Below are positions 24,725 through 33,867 of a stretch of 64,000 nt of DNA, piece after piece. Both the position numbers and the translations under genes were made by a program. How positions within the stretch are numbered: the first letter of the stretch is position 1; every line of letters begins with the position of its first letter. The notes beneath the pieces were generated by a model. The model saw nothing but the letters and a program-made list of their open reading frames with translations, did not search any database and had not been told where the DNA came from. Origin of the DNA: Macrostomum lignano (taxonomy: Eukaryota); assembly GCA_002269645.1 (NCBI GenBank), contig NIVC01001189.1, positions 277,014 through 341,013 of the forward strand. Direction: 5' to 3'.

Positions 24725-27700
24725 TCATTTGTCTAGGAGTATGGGTTTGCTCCTTAGATTGTACTTCTTTCGAACTGTGTCCGCGAGCGTCTCGTCATCA
24801 GCTTGTACGCCCACTTCCTTGCTGAACAGTTGCCGGTGCTGGCGTTGCAGTCTTCGCGGATCACTCGGGCGCAGATCGGGGAGCAGTACCTTAGGTGTTG
24901 GCGATGCTATTGGCTTTAGCCTGTCCGTGTGCACCTGAAAGGGTTCTTGAGTCGGATCGTCAATTTTCCTTATCATGACGGACGTGACACTATTTCTTTT
25001 CACAATTTCGTATGGACCCGTGAACTTGGCTTGATGCTTTCCCTGTCTCATTGGGATCTGTAGCATAACTCTGGTGCCTATGGCTAATGTAGGGGCCATT
25101 CGGTTTTTGTTAGCTCTGCCTGTGTTCTTTTCCTGGGCCACTTTGAGATGGTGTCTGGCTATGTCTCTAGCCAGGGTGATAGCTTCTTGCATTCGGGCTG
25201 CATAGGACGGCTCATCCATGTATCTTACTAGGTTCAGCTGAGTTGTGAGCTCTGTGGGCATCAGGGGTTTCCTTGCGAAAACCAATTCGAAGGGAGAATA
25301 AGTTGAAGAGGATTGCTTGGCTGTATTGTAGGCGTAGATTGTGGCTGATAGATATTTATGCCATTCGTTTGGATTCTCCGCAGTGTAATGTCTAAGCATG
25401 TTATGTAGGGTAGAGTGTAGTCTCTCTACGTGGTTTGCTTGCGGATGGTAGGTAGACGAGAAGATGTGCTTGACTCCCAGAATTTCTAGAGCTTCCGCTA
25501 ATAGCGATGCCGTGAAATTTTTTCCATTATCGGTGGAAATTTCCATCGGGATTCCAAACATACAGAAGACTTGGAACAAAGTTTCGGCTGTGGTTTCTGC
25601 TGATAGATCTGGAATCGGGAATGCAAAGGCGAATTTTGAAAAACAACACAGGATAGTCAGGATGTGGGTGACGGTCTCGTTCCGGATTTTCGTGGGGACC
25701 ATGGGTCCTACTAGGTCTACTGATAGCTTGTCCATTGGTTTCATCGGAATTTCAGGCATTTGGATGAGTCCCTTATGCAGTTGGCCAGATTTGTTCTTAG
25801 CGCAATCCATGCAGTCTTGACAGAAGGTTCGAATATCGGAAACCATTGAGATCCAAAAATAGTGTCGCCTAATTCTTTCTAGGGTTTTGTCAAAGCCTAA
25901 GTGCGCTGCTAGTGGTAGTGCGTGTAACGAGTGGCAGATTGTTTCACGGTACTTGAATGGGAGCACTATTTGTTGGGTGTGATCTGCTGTCCTGTGAATG
26001 ATTCCGTGAATATCCGCATAGTCCGATAGATGTCGCTGGATGTGTCTTTTGTATCTCATAGCTAAGCTGTCATCCATGGGCTTTTGTTCCCATAGTGCTC
26101 GAATGCCTTGGCAGAATGGGTCTTCTGCTTGAGCCTCTTTTAAGGCTTGCAGGTGTGGTATCGGGTGCTTGATCGTGACAAAGTTAATGGGTGTCTCTTG
26201 GTCCTCATATAGTCTTGAGAGTGCGTCTGGGACTGCGTGTTTGGTGGATGCGCCTGGGACGTACTCAATTTGCATTTGAAACTGTTGTAAATAGAGAAGC
26301 CATCTGAGTACCTGATTGTTCCGCAGGGTTTTCCCTGTGAGTAGACCTCTGAGTGGTGCATGATCTATTCTTAGCAATGTGGGTATTTGTGCTGCGTACA
26401 GAAATTGTTCGAATGTCTTGAATGCGTAAAAGACGGCTAAGAGTTCTAAATGGGTGACCGCATATCTTGTCTCTGCCTCTCTCAGTTGTCGACTCGTGAA
26501 TGCTATTGGTTTTTCTTTTCCTGTCTCATCTTTCTGTGAGAGCATTGCGCCTATGCCTTTTGTAGAAGCGTCGCTGGAGACAATGAACTGTTTATTAAAG
26601 TCAGGGTGAGTGAGTCTGAGATCTTCTGCTATCCATTTTTTCATGTCTTCAAAGGTCTGGGTCGCTTCTTCTGTCCACTTTAGTGGGGTTTTGGATGCTT
26701 GAGCCTTAGTGTTCGGTGTGCCCTTAAGCAGGTCTGTGAGTGGCTTGGCTTTCTTGGCGTAGTTAGGTACGTGTTTGCGAAAGAAATTGCAGAGTCCTAG
26801 GAAACATCTGAGCTGTGTGACATTTTGTGGCTTTGGTACCTTCTGCACTTTGTCGACTAAAGCTCTATCAATCTGTATTCCATTTTTGTCTATCTTATGT
26901 CCTAGGAATGTGATTGTGGGCTTAGCGAATTTGCACTTTTGTAATTTCAACTTCATGCCGTACTTTCCTAGAGCTTCTAGTGTAGCTTTCAATGTCTCGA
27001 GATGGTCTTCAAATGTCTCATTGAAGACAAGTAGGTCGTCTACGTATGTTGAGACTCTGTTAATCCCTTGAAGGATTAAGCTAGCTGCTCTAGAGAGGGC
27101 TGCTGGTGAGGTTTGTAGACCCATTGGGGCTCTGGTGAAGACGTAAGTTTGTCCGTCGGGCGTGGAGATGCCACAATACTTCTGACTTTCTTCTTCTAGC
27201 GCCACTTGAAAAAATGCTTGCGCCATGTCGAGAGTAGTGAAATATTCTGATCCCTTTAATTTGGCTAAGAGGTCTGGGATTCGGGGCATGCATTGCCTTT
27301 CTGGGACCAGGATTTGGTTGAGGTCCCGAAAATCAACACAGAGACGGTACACTGGTTTGGCTTGAGGCGATTCCGGTTTCTTCTTGACCAATAGAATTGG
27401 TGAGATGTACGGGGTGGCTGCTTTTCTAAGAATTCCTTGCATTTCCATTCTATCGATGATTTTCTGGAGTTCTCCCGTGAGTTGGTATGGGATTGGGTAC
27501 CGTTTGTTGAGCTTAATCTCCACGTTAGGCTTAATGTGAAGCTCGTGTTTCGCTACATCTGTGTATCCTATTTCCTCCTCGGATAGGCAAAAGGCTTTCT
27601 TGTTGTCCCAGAGAACCTTAATGAGCTGTTCTTTCTGGGATTCTGTCAGGTTGGATCCTTTGAGATCAATGGCGTTCTTGAACTCTTGTTCCGTCATTGT

Positions 27701-30700
27701 TGGGGTTTCTGACTGGATTTCGGCAATTTCAAAGGCTTGGATTTCTGTATCGAAAGATCCTATGTTGGTGTCTGGATATAGTGTCATTGGGGTTGCCGAT
27801 TCGTTTGAAATGATGACTTGAACCTCTCCTGACTCGTCAGGGTATACCAATTCGGGTGTAAGGCAAATGGGTTTCTTCTCTAGGATACGTTCGTTGGGTT
27901 CGAAAAGCATAGCTGGAGGTAGTTTCTCTCTGGCGATGGCTCTTGCGGAAATTCGAGTTGTTTCCCATGGATTGAGATTGACTGTAGAGACTAATCTGAT
28001 GCAGTTAACGGGTTCTTTTGTAGTGATAGCGAGGATGTCATAGCATTTCCCGTTGAGATGGATATTCTGTTGCTGATAGTTTACGAGCACGCCCTGATTT
28101 AGTTGAGATAAGTAATCGATGCCTAATAAGACTTGATAAGTTCCTGAACTCAAATTGGGAATAACGTGGAACTCAACGTCAGCCGTGGTGTCGCCAGCTT
28201 CCACAGGGAGGTTGATCATGCCGGATTGCTGTAGTCGTGAGCCTTGTACTCCTTGCAGTTCAACTGTGGCCGGCTTGAAGGTCCTGCCGTATCGCTTTGC
28301 TGTGGCTTCGTCGATTAAGGATCGTTCGGCTCCACTGTCGATCAGGGCTCGGCAGGATCGCGTTCCCACTTGAAGTCGGGTGATTGTGTACTTCTGCTTC
28401 TGGCCGTTGTTGACCGTCGCCACCATCGGAGGTGGCCAACTGGACTCTATCTTCGGGTAGAGTCCTGTTGATGCTGGTGCTGGTGGCGTCCACGGTGGCG
28501 GGCGCTGTGGTGCCTGTCTGGTTGTCGTGGTCTCCTGCCGCGTGTTCTGGCTTGTCGAGTTCGCTACTAGCGGTGCTCGTAACTCCTGTAGCTCCTGCTG
28601 TTCTTGCTTTGCAGCAGCTTTGCGCTGGATCGTGCGGATGCCAGGACGTTGGTACTTCTGTTTGTTGAGTCTGTGGCAGATAAGGATCATTTGGTATAAA
28701 AGATATATGTAGAACCCAATGGCAGCTACTCCTACAGCGATATCGAAAAGATTCACTCGCATGCCTAGCCATGGTAGCCAACTTGCTGGATCAAAGGTGC
28801 CTTCCGCTATGGTGGCATCTAACGGTGGAAGATGTATAGAGTGAGAGGTTTCTGACTTGGGCAGTTTGAAAACAGTTCTTAAGAACTCTCTCTGGTCATT
28901 TAGCTGGTTGTACAAGTCGTGTACTGTGACCGGGCTTTTGAGATCGGCTATCCTGATGTCTCCATCAGGAGTGAATATGACATGCTGAATCTCTGGGGGT
29001 TTTATGAGGGTTACCCCCCACGCTTCTCTTTCTAGCTTAGTGACCGTTTGCACAGTAAATTTCGTAAAGTTGAGGTCTGTTTTGTAGATTTCGTCTCCTT
29101 TTGGTAGGAAATACGACGTTTGGTTAGAGCAATCGTGAAATGGCGGGTGTTCCTTTTGGATTTCCAGGGTTCTAACATCTAGAAAGCCTGTGTGGTTCAT
29201 GTTGAATATCGTGAAGGCAATTGGTGGTTTGGTAAAGCAGATATTCTCATCCCATCTTGGTTGGTGAAAACGAAAGTTTCTGATGGGTAGGCACTTAGAA
29301 ATGACTACATGCTGTGCTAGCGTGGTGGCTTTTAATTGGCTGTCTTTGAACAAAGTGCGCGCTGCTAGGGTGGGCTGCATAAGAAAAAGATCTTTTATGT
29401 ACCGAAACAGTGTTTGCTGATGCTTGCATTGTTGTAGTATCATGTTTCGAGTAAGGTCGCCTATTCTGTCTTCCATTGTGAGTTCTAGCCCTTGTAATTT
29501 TGCTGCTAGCGTTGTGTCCGATGTGAGGTCTCGTTTTGGTCTCTTAGCGGTGCTTGAATTGTTGAATGAACCTTCAATTATGCTGCGAAACTCTTGGTCT
29601 GAGCCGTGCACCTGGACTAGTTTACCTTGTTCCGACTTGTATAGCTTTACTGTCGTGTCTCCACATTGTAAGTCCTTAGTCTGAGGTGGATGTTTGAATG
29701 TGAGGGCAAACGTAGCGTCGTTAGACATGAACCATCCAGTGTGAATTTTGCCTTGAATGAATCTGTCTGTTTGATAGGGGCAGTCTATCTCTGCGCTGGG
29801 TGTCCATACTAGGCGGTATTGTCTATCTCCTCTCACTGTGTAGCTGAGATCATAGTATTCCATTACGGCCCAGAGTCTGTCTGGTGCCTGTCGGTTCAGT
29901 GGCGAGTCCTTCTCTGCCGTGAGGCTAGTAGTCGTGGTACAGGTTCCTGTCTTGTAGTCGCATTGACCTATAGGGAGGGCTAACGAAGACATCTTTTTCT
30001 CTTCCACAAAGAATGAGACCTGGGTGATTAGGACTGACACTGTTTGAGTGAAGGTTTGAGCTGTACTGGCTGTAGGTTCCAATTCCTGGGTTGTCCACTT
30101 ATGGGTAATGAATCTTTTAGCTTGTCCCATAGCCTTAGTTCCTGCTTCTAAAGTCCCATCTTGGGTTCGGGTGTTTTCTTCCCATGTTTTACAATCGTCC
30201 TTCGAAACTGAATGTTGTTGCACAGTAACAGTCATGGCTGGACTTACCACTTGTGATGTTACAACAATCTGTGGCTTACTCGTGAACGTGTAGGTCTCTC
30301 GGTAACATATCTTCAGTGTAGACCGGTGTGATACCTGGTTCTCCTTGTAGACTGTGATGTTGATCGGTTGCCGATGCTGTTGAATGCTACTCGGGACTGT
30401 GCATTCGATGTCCGGAGGCAATTTGAAGGCTTGAAGGCTGTTCGCTTCTGGGCAGTAGAGTGGTGTGTCCACGTAGCTGCTGTGCTGTGCCGTTGTTGCG
30501 TTGCCAGCCGCGGTGCAGAACAGTGCGAGCAGTACTATTCGCAGCAGCCATCCTGTGGTTGAGGCTGTTCGTCGGCTTTGGCTCCATGTCGGTGTAGTTC
30601 TCGGCTGTCGAATCGCTATCTGTGGCTTGGGCTCGTCAGTGTCAGGACATTTCTCGATCTTCTGTGGTCGCTCTTGCTTCTCCGTCCGGTCGCTCTCGGA

Positions 30701-31906
30701 GCGCGGTGTTAGTGTCGCCGTCGTGATGTGGCCGATCTTGACCTTGACTGCCTTGCGAAGTTGTCGCTTGGCTTGAATGATGTCGTCGCGGGTTACCACT
30801 GGTTCCGTAACTGTCTCTTCTTGCTTGGTTGACTCTGCTGGAGTGTCCGTCGGTGGCTGTTGCTGAGGCTGCTCCTTGGTTACTTCTGCGGTTTGCCGTG
30901 GTTGCGGTGTTGGTGTCACCGCTGTATTGTAGCCAATCTTGACCTTGGCTGCCTTGCGAAGCTGTCGTCGAGCTTGAATGATGTCGTCGCGAGTTACCAC
31001 TGGTTCCGTAACAGTCTCTTCTTCCTGGGTGGACACAGCTAGAATGTCTGCCGGTGGCTGTTGCTGAGGTTGTTCCTCGGTTACTTCCGCGATTTGTCGT
31101 GGTTGCCGTTGCTGATTTGGTCGGCCGTTGTTGTATTGAGGACCTTGGTAGCCGTTATTCCTGTTGCTCGGGTATCCTTGACGCTGAGCCGGTTGGCCCT
31201 GTCTCTGGGGGCTCGGGCGATCGCATTCAACTGTCCAGTGAGACTTCTGCTTACAATGGTGACAATAACGTCGGCACTGAGCGGCCAAATGGCCAGGCTT
31301 ACCGCAATTGTTGCAGTTTCTGCTGGTGCCTCTGGCTCCTTGTGGCTGTTGACGGCTGCTTCCTGGGCTGGCGCCTTGCTGTCGGTTGCGCTGATAGCAC
31401 CTGTCTGCCGTATGTCCCTGCTTCTGACATAACTGGCAGCTTGTCGCGGCGTTTCCGCTTCGCGGGCGTGGATTGTTCCATGGCTGTTGCGGTCTGTTGT
31501 TCACTGTCTTGATCGTCGCCTCCATCTGGGCGACCAATGCCGATAGCTTGCGGGTGTCCTCGGTTTCTCGCTCAATGTCGTGAAGTGCTTGCCATTGCAG
31601 TGCCTCTCGAGTCATTTCCGTCACTGTTTGATAGCGTCCTCTGGCTAGGTGAAGTCGTAGTGCCGGAACTGCGTTCTGCTGGACGTGTAGCATGATGTGA
31701 TCTTGAATGATCCGTTGGTTCCTCTGTCGCCGTAGTGCCGCATCTGCTGCATTTTCTTCTTCCGGGGCTGGTTCTTGATAGACGGAGTTCTCGACCAGGT
31801 TGGTGATATCTGCGATGAATTTGTTGACGTCTTCTCCCGGTTGCATCTTGCGGGATGCCAGTTGTAGAATCGCCGTTGATCGGTCCATCCTTCGGGTGTC
31901 GAACAT
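24725..31906 (-). CDS. Gag-Env-Pol polyprotein (2393 aa from this ATG; the Gag N-terminus lies upstream in another frame)
   Basis: Three CCHC knuckles (31222-31438), signal peptide (30503-30550), ectodomain, KRPKR site (29531-29545), TM (28675-28750), protease LIDSGA (28331-28339), RT YVDD (27035-27046), RNase H SDAS, integrase H-H-C-C plus VDLVGP/TDNG/VERLH. Confidence 0.95.
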   Translation of the reverse strand: MFDTRRMDRSTAILQLASRKMQPGEDVNKFIADITNLVENSVYQEPAPEEENAADAALRRQRNQRIIQDHIMLHVQQNAVPALRLHLARGRYQTVTEMTREALQWQALHDIERETEDTRKLSALVAQMEATIKTVNNRPQQPWNNPRPRSGNAATSCQLCQKQGHTADRCYQRNRQQGASPGSSRQQPQGARGTSRNCNNCGKPGHLAAQCRRYCHHCKQKSHWTVECDRPSPQRQGQPAQRQGYPSNRNNGYQGPQYNNGRPNQQRQPRQIAEVTEEQPQQQPPADILAVSTQEEETVTEPVVTRDDIIQARRQLRKAAKVKIGYNTAVTPTPQPRQTAEVTKEQPQQQPPTDTPAESTKQEETVTEPVVTRDDIIQAKRQLRKAVKVKIGHITTATLTPRSESDRTEKQERPQKIEKCPDTDEPKPQIAIRQPRTTPTWSQSRRTASTTGWLLRIVLLALFCTAAGNATTAQHSSYVDTPLYCPEANSLQAFKLPPDIECTVPSSIQQHRQPINITVYKENQVSHRSTLKICYRETYTFTSKPQIVVTSQVVSPAMTVTVQQHSVSKDDCKTWEENTRTQDGTLEAGTKAMGQAKRFITHKWTTQELEPTASTAQTFTQTVSVLITQVSFFVEEKKMSSLALPIGQCDYKTGTCTTTTSLTAEKDSPLNRQAPDRLWAVMEYYDLSYTVRGDRQYRLVWTPSAEIDCPYQTDRFIQGKIHTGWFMSNDATFALTFKHPPQTKDLQCGDTTVKLYKSEQGKLVQVHGSDQEFRSIIEGSFNNSSTAKRPKRDLTSDTTLAAKLQGLELTMEDRIGDLTRNMILQQCKHQQTLFRYIKDLFLMQPTLAARTLFKDSQLKATTLAQHVVISKCLPIRNFRFHQPRWDENICFTKPPIAFTIFNMNHTGFLDVRTLEIQKEHPPFHDCSNQTSYFLPKGDEIYKTDLNFTKFTVQTVTKLEREAWGVTLIKPPEIQHVIFTPDGDIRIADLKSPVTVHDLYNQLNDQREFLRTVFKLPKSETSHSIHLPPLDATIAEGTFDPASWLPWLGMRVNLFDIAVGVAAIGFYIYLLYQMILICHRLNKQKYQRPGIRTIQRKAAAKQEQQELQELRAPLVANSTSQNTRQETTTTRQAPQRPPPWTPPAPASTGLYPKIESSWPPPMVATVNNGQKQKYTITRLQVGTRSCRALIDSGAERSLIDEATAKRYGRTFKPATVELQGVQGSRLQQSGMINLPVEAGDTTADVEFHVIPNLSSGTYQVLLGIDYLSQLNQGVLVNYQQQNIHLNGKCYDILAITTKEPVNCIRLVSTVNLNPWETTRISARAIAREKLPPAMLFEPNERILEKKPICLTPELVYPDESGEVQVIISNESATPMTLYPDTNIGSFDTEIQAFEIAEIQSETPTMTEQEFKNAIDLKGSNLTESQKEQLIKVLWDNKKAFCLSEEEIGYTDVAKHELHIKPNVEIKLNKRYPIPYQLTGELQKIIDRMEMQGILRKAATPYISPILLVKKKPESPQAKPVYRLCVDFRDLNQILVPERQCMPRIPDLLAKLKGSEYFTTLDMAQAFFQVALEEESQKYCGISTPDGQTYVFTRAPMGLQTSPAALSRAASLILQGINRVSTYVDDLLVFNETFEDHLETLKATLEALGKYGMKLKLQKCKFAKPTITFLGHKIDKNGIQIDRALVDKVQKVPKPQNVTQLRCFLGLCNFFRKHVPNYAKKAKPLTDLLKGTPNTKAQASKTPLKWTEEATQTFEDMKKWIAEDLRLTHPDFNKQFIVSSDASTKGIGAMLSQKDETGKEKPIAFTSRQLREAETRYAVTHLELLAVFYAFKTFEQFLYAAQIPTLLRIDHAPLRGLLTGKTLRNNQVLRWLLYLQQFQMQIEYVPGASTKHAVPDALSRLYEDQETPINFVTIKHPIPHLQALKEAQAEDPFCQGIRALWEQKPMDDSLAMRYKRHIQRHLSDYADIHGIIHRTADHTQQIVLPFKYRETICHSLHALPLAAHLGFDKTLERIRRHYFWISMVSDIRTFCQDCMDCAKNKSGQLHKGLIQMPEIPMKPMDKLSVDLVGPMVPTKIRNETVTHILTILCCFSKFAFAFPIPDLSAETTAETLFQVFCMFGIPMEISTDNGKNFTASLLAEALEILGVKHIFSSTYHPQANHVERLHSTLHNMLRHYTAENPNEWHKYLSATIYAYNTAKQSSSTYSPFELVFARKPLMPTELTTQLNLVRYMDEPSYAARMQEAITLARDIARHHLKVAQEKNTGRANKNRMAPTLAIGTRVMLQIPMRQGKHQAKFTGPYEIVKRNSVTSVMIRKIDDPTQEPFQVHTDRLKPIASPTPKVLLPDLRPSDPRRLQRQHRQLFSKEVGVQADDETLADTVRKKYNLRSKPILLDK
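28675..30550 (-). other. Env-like type I membrane glycoprotein region within the polyprotein (aa ~453-1078)
   Basis: WLLRIVLLALFCTAAG signal, 12 Cys, N-glycosylation sequons NAT/NIT/NNS/NSS/NHT/NQT/NFT, furin-type site, C-terminal TM. CDYKTGTC...LVWTP...CPY and PTLAARTLF resemble class III (gB-like) envs of invertebrate LTR elements as I recall them. Confidence 0.85.
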
Positions 31907-32009
31907 TGCCCGTAGTGCTGGTATCAGTTCCTCGTAGTTCAGGCGAGTTGCCTCGTCCAGAGTTGAGTATTGATTGCGAGCATTCGGTCGTAGCAGTAGT
32001 GGTAGTAGT

Positions 32010-32309
32010 CGACATCTCTCGCATTTCCCAGTCCATAGTTTGCGCTTGAAGTTCGAACTCTCGTAACCAACGGACGAATGAGCGTCCCATTTCGTAGTCT
32101 CCTACTGATAGCTTGATGGCTTGGACAACTGTCGGTAGATCTCGGGTCTGCTGCAGTGCCAATTGTCTTGTCAGGTCGTTGATACGCTCCTGTAGTTGCG
32201 CTAAATCTTCGGCCATGTTGTCTTGTAGTGCTTCTTCTGGTTGTTGCTGGTCTTGTTGAGGATCGTCTTGATGCAAGTCTTCTTGGTGCTGTTCTTCTTG
32301 TTGAAGCAT
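32010..32309 (-). CDS. Gag N-terminal segment, out of frame (+1 shift needed) with the main polyprotein
   Basis: MLQQEE...LQERINDLTRQL...SFVRWLREFELQAQTMDW continues logically into RCRLLPLLLRPNARNQY in the frame of the long ORF. Confidence 0.7.
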
Positions 32310-33852
32310 GCGCCTTCTGGCTTGGGCAGTACGTCGATTGTTAGGTAGACCTGTAGGGTCTGGAGCTTGGTAATCTTCCAAAAAGTGAGGATGCGCTTGT
32401 AAACGTTGCGGTGTGGGCCGCAAAAAATTGGTACGATTCAGGTTGCAAGTAGTATAATAAAAGACAAACAAAATATCGTTGGCAGTGCTGGTCTGCTAGT
32501 GAGCAATTAAACGGTTTTAAATAGACAAATTGAGAAGGGGCAGAGGTTAGGATACGCTTCAGGCTCAGGCGGTGCAGTCGAGGTGGGTTTTGTTGTACCA
32601 AACAATTCGCATTTGTTGTAAAATAATTATAGTGTTGCTATATGCATTTTGTCATAGTGACTGTCATTTCAAGCAATAAAACAAAATTCCGCATTTAACG
32701 TTTATGCAATATAACGCAAGATGTGTACTTATTGAGAATTAAATTGACTGTGCCCGCAGGCTTTGGAGTGTGCCGGTGCAGCTATGAATTCGAAGGCAAC
32801 TGGACAATTTCATTTGAATTGATTCTGCTTGGCTTTGTTATGTGCGCCTAATAAATGGTTAACAATATAATTCAATCAAAAGTAGCGCTTCTCCTGGAAT
32901 GGCTAAGGTTGCGCAGCTGGAAATAGCGGAATGCTGTAGTTATTTTTAGTATCACTCATTTCTGCGGGCTTTCCCGCTGTTAGCAGTATTATGTTGGCTT
33001 GAGATGCCTTGAAAAGTGAGCTCAGTATTAACGAGGGTTTATGTAGCTATGCCTGGTGGGGCAGACGTGTTAGTTTAACAACCCTAAGACACTACACTGG
33101 CAGGGTGCAGTGACACGGGCGGGCGTCTGTGCAGAATGGAAGTGCTAGGCAGGGAGATGCCCGATCCGGATAAGGACATCTCAGTGACTCGCACCTCTAT
33201 TCTTTACGTCAACCCTGCTGCCGAGAGTAGAACTCTCCCCGCAAGGACCTGCCTTCCCGCGGGCCAAACTCGCGCGCGCAATTAGTAAAGTGAGCTCCTT
33301 AGTGATCAGTCGATTAAAGTGATCAAAAGTAATTCCCGTGCACGGTACTTGCCATAGCTTGTGGCTGGATTATTGCCATACCTTGTGGCTGGATTATAAA
33401 TTACGGATCCGTTTCAACAGAAAATGATTATTCAATTGTTAGACAAAATCAATTATGGTATCCAGGTAGCTACCCTCTTAGACAGTGTTAAGTGATTAAA
33501 ATTGATTAAATTCTCTTCTACGCGAACAGATAAAGTATGGTTAGTCTATGTGTCCACTGGCAGTGAAACGCTGTTCATCACCAGGGAAGGTAATACAGTT
33601 AATTGTTTTTGTTAGTTTTCGAATTTTATCAATTTTTTTTGTTCGTTTTAGCATTTTATCAATTTTTTCTTTTTGAATAAGGACGCGTTTGTGTCCTTCT
33701 ACGACACAGAGTAATTACGTAGAAAGAGAATTAAAAGGTGACTGCACTCATCCTGGCCTTCCACGCTCCGTCCTCCGCCGATGAAGTTACTCAGCCATAC
33801 CGGGCGATCTCGTCAGGTGAAAATCGAAGAGCTGTTGATCAGATGACTCCGA

Positions 33853-33865
33853 GGTCAGGGAACCA
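33853..33865 (-). other. Primer binding site, tRNA-Glu-like
   Basis: Minus strand TGGTTCCCTGACC, 2 nt after the 5' LTR, complementary to the 3' end GGTCAGGGAACCA of metazoan tRNA-Glu(CTC). Confidence 0.8.
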
Positions 33866-33867
33866 CT

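Noticed and set aside
25464-32049. Plus-strand ORFs opposite the polyprotein
   Set aside because: Shadow ORFs antisense to a long coding sequence, with no independent features.
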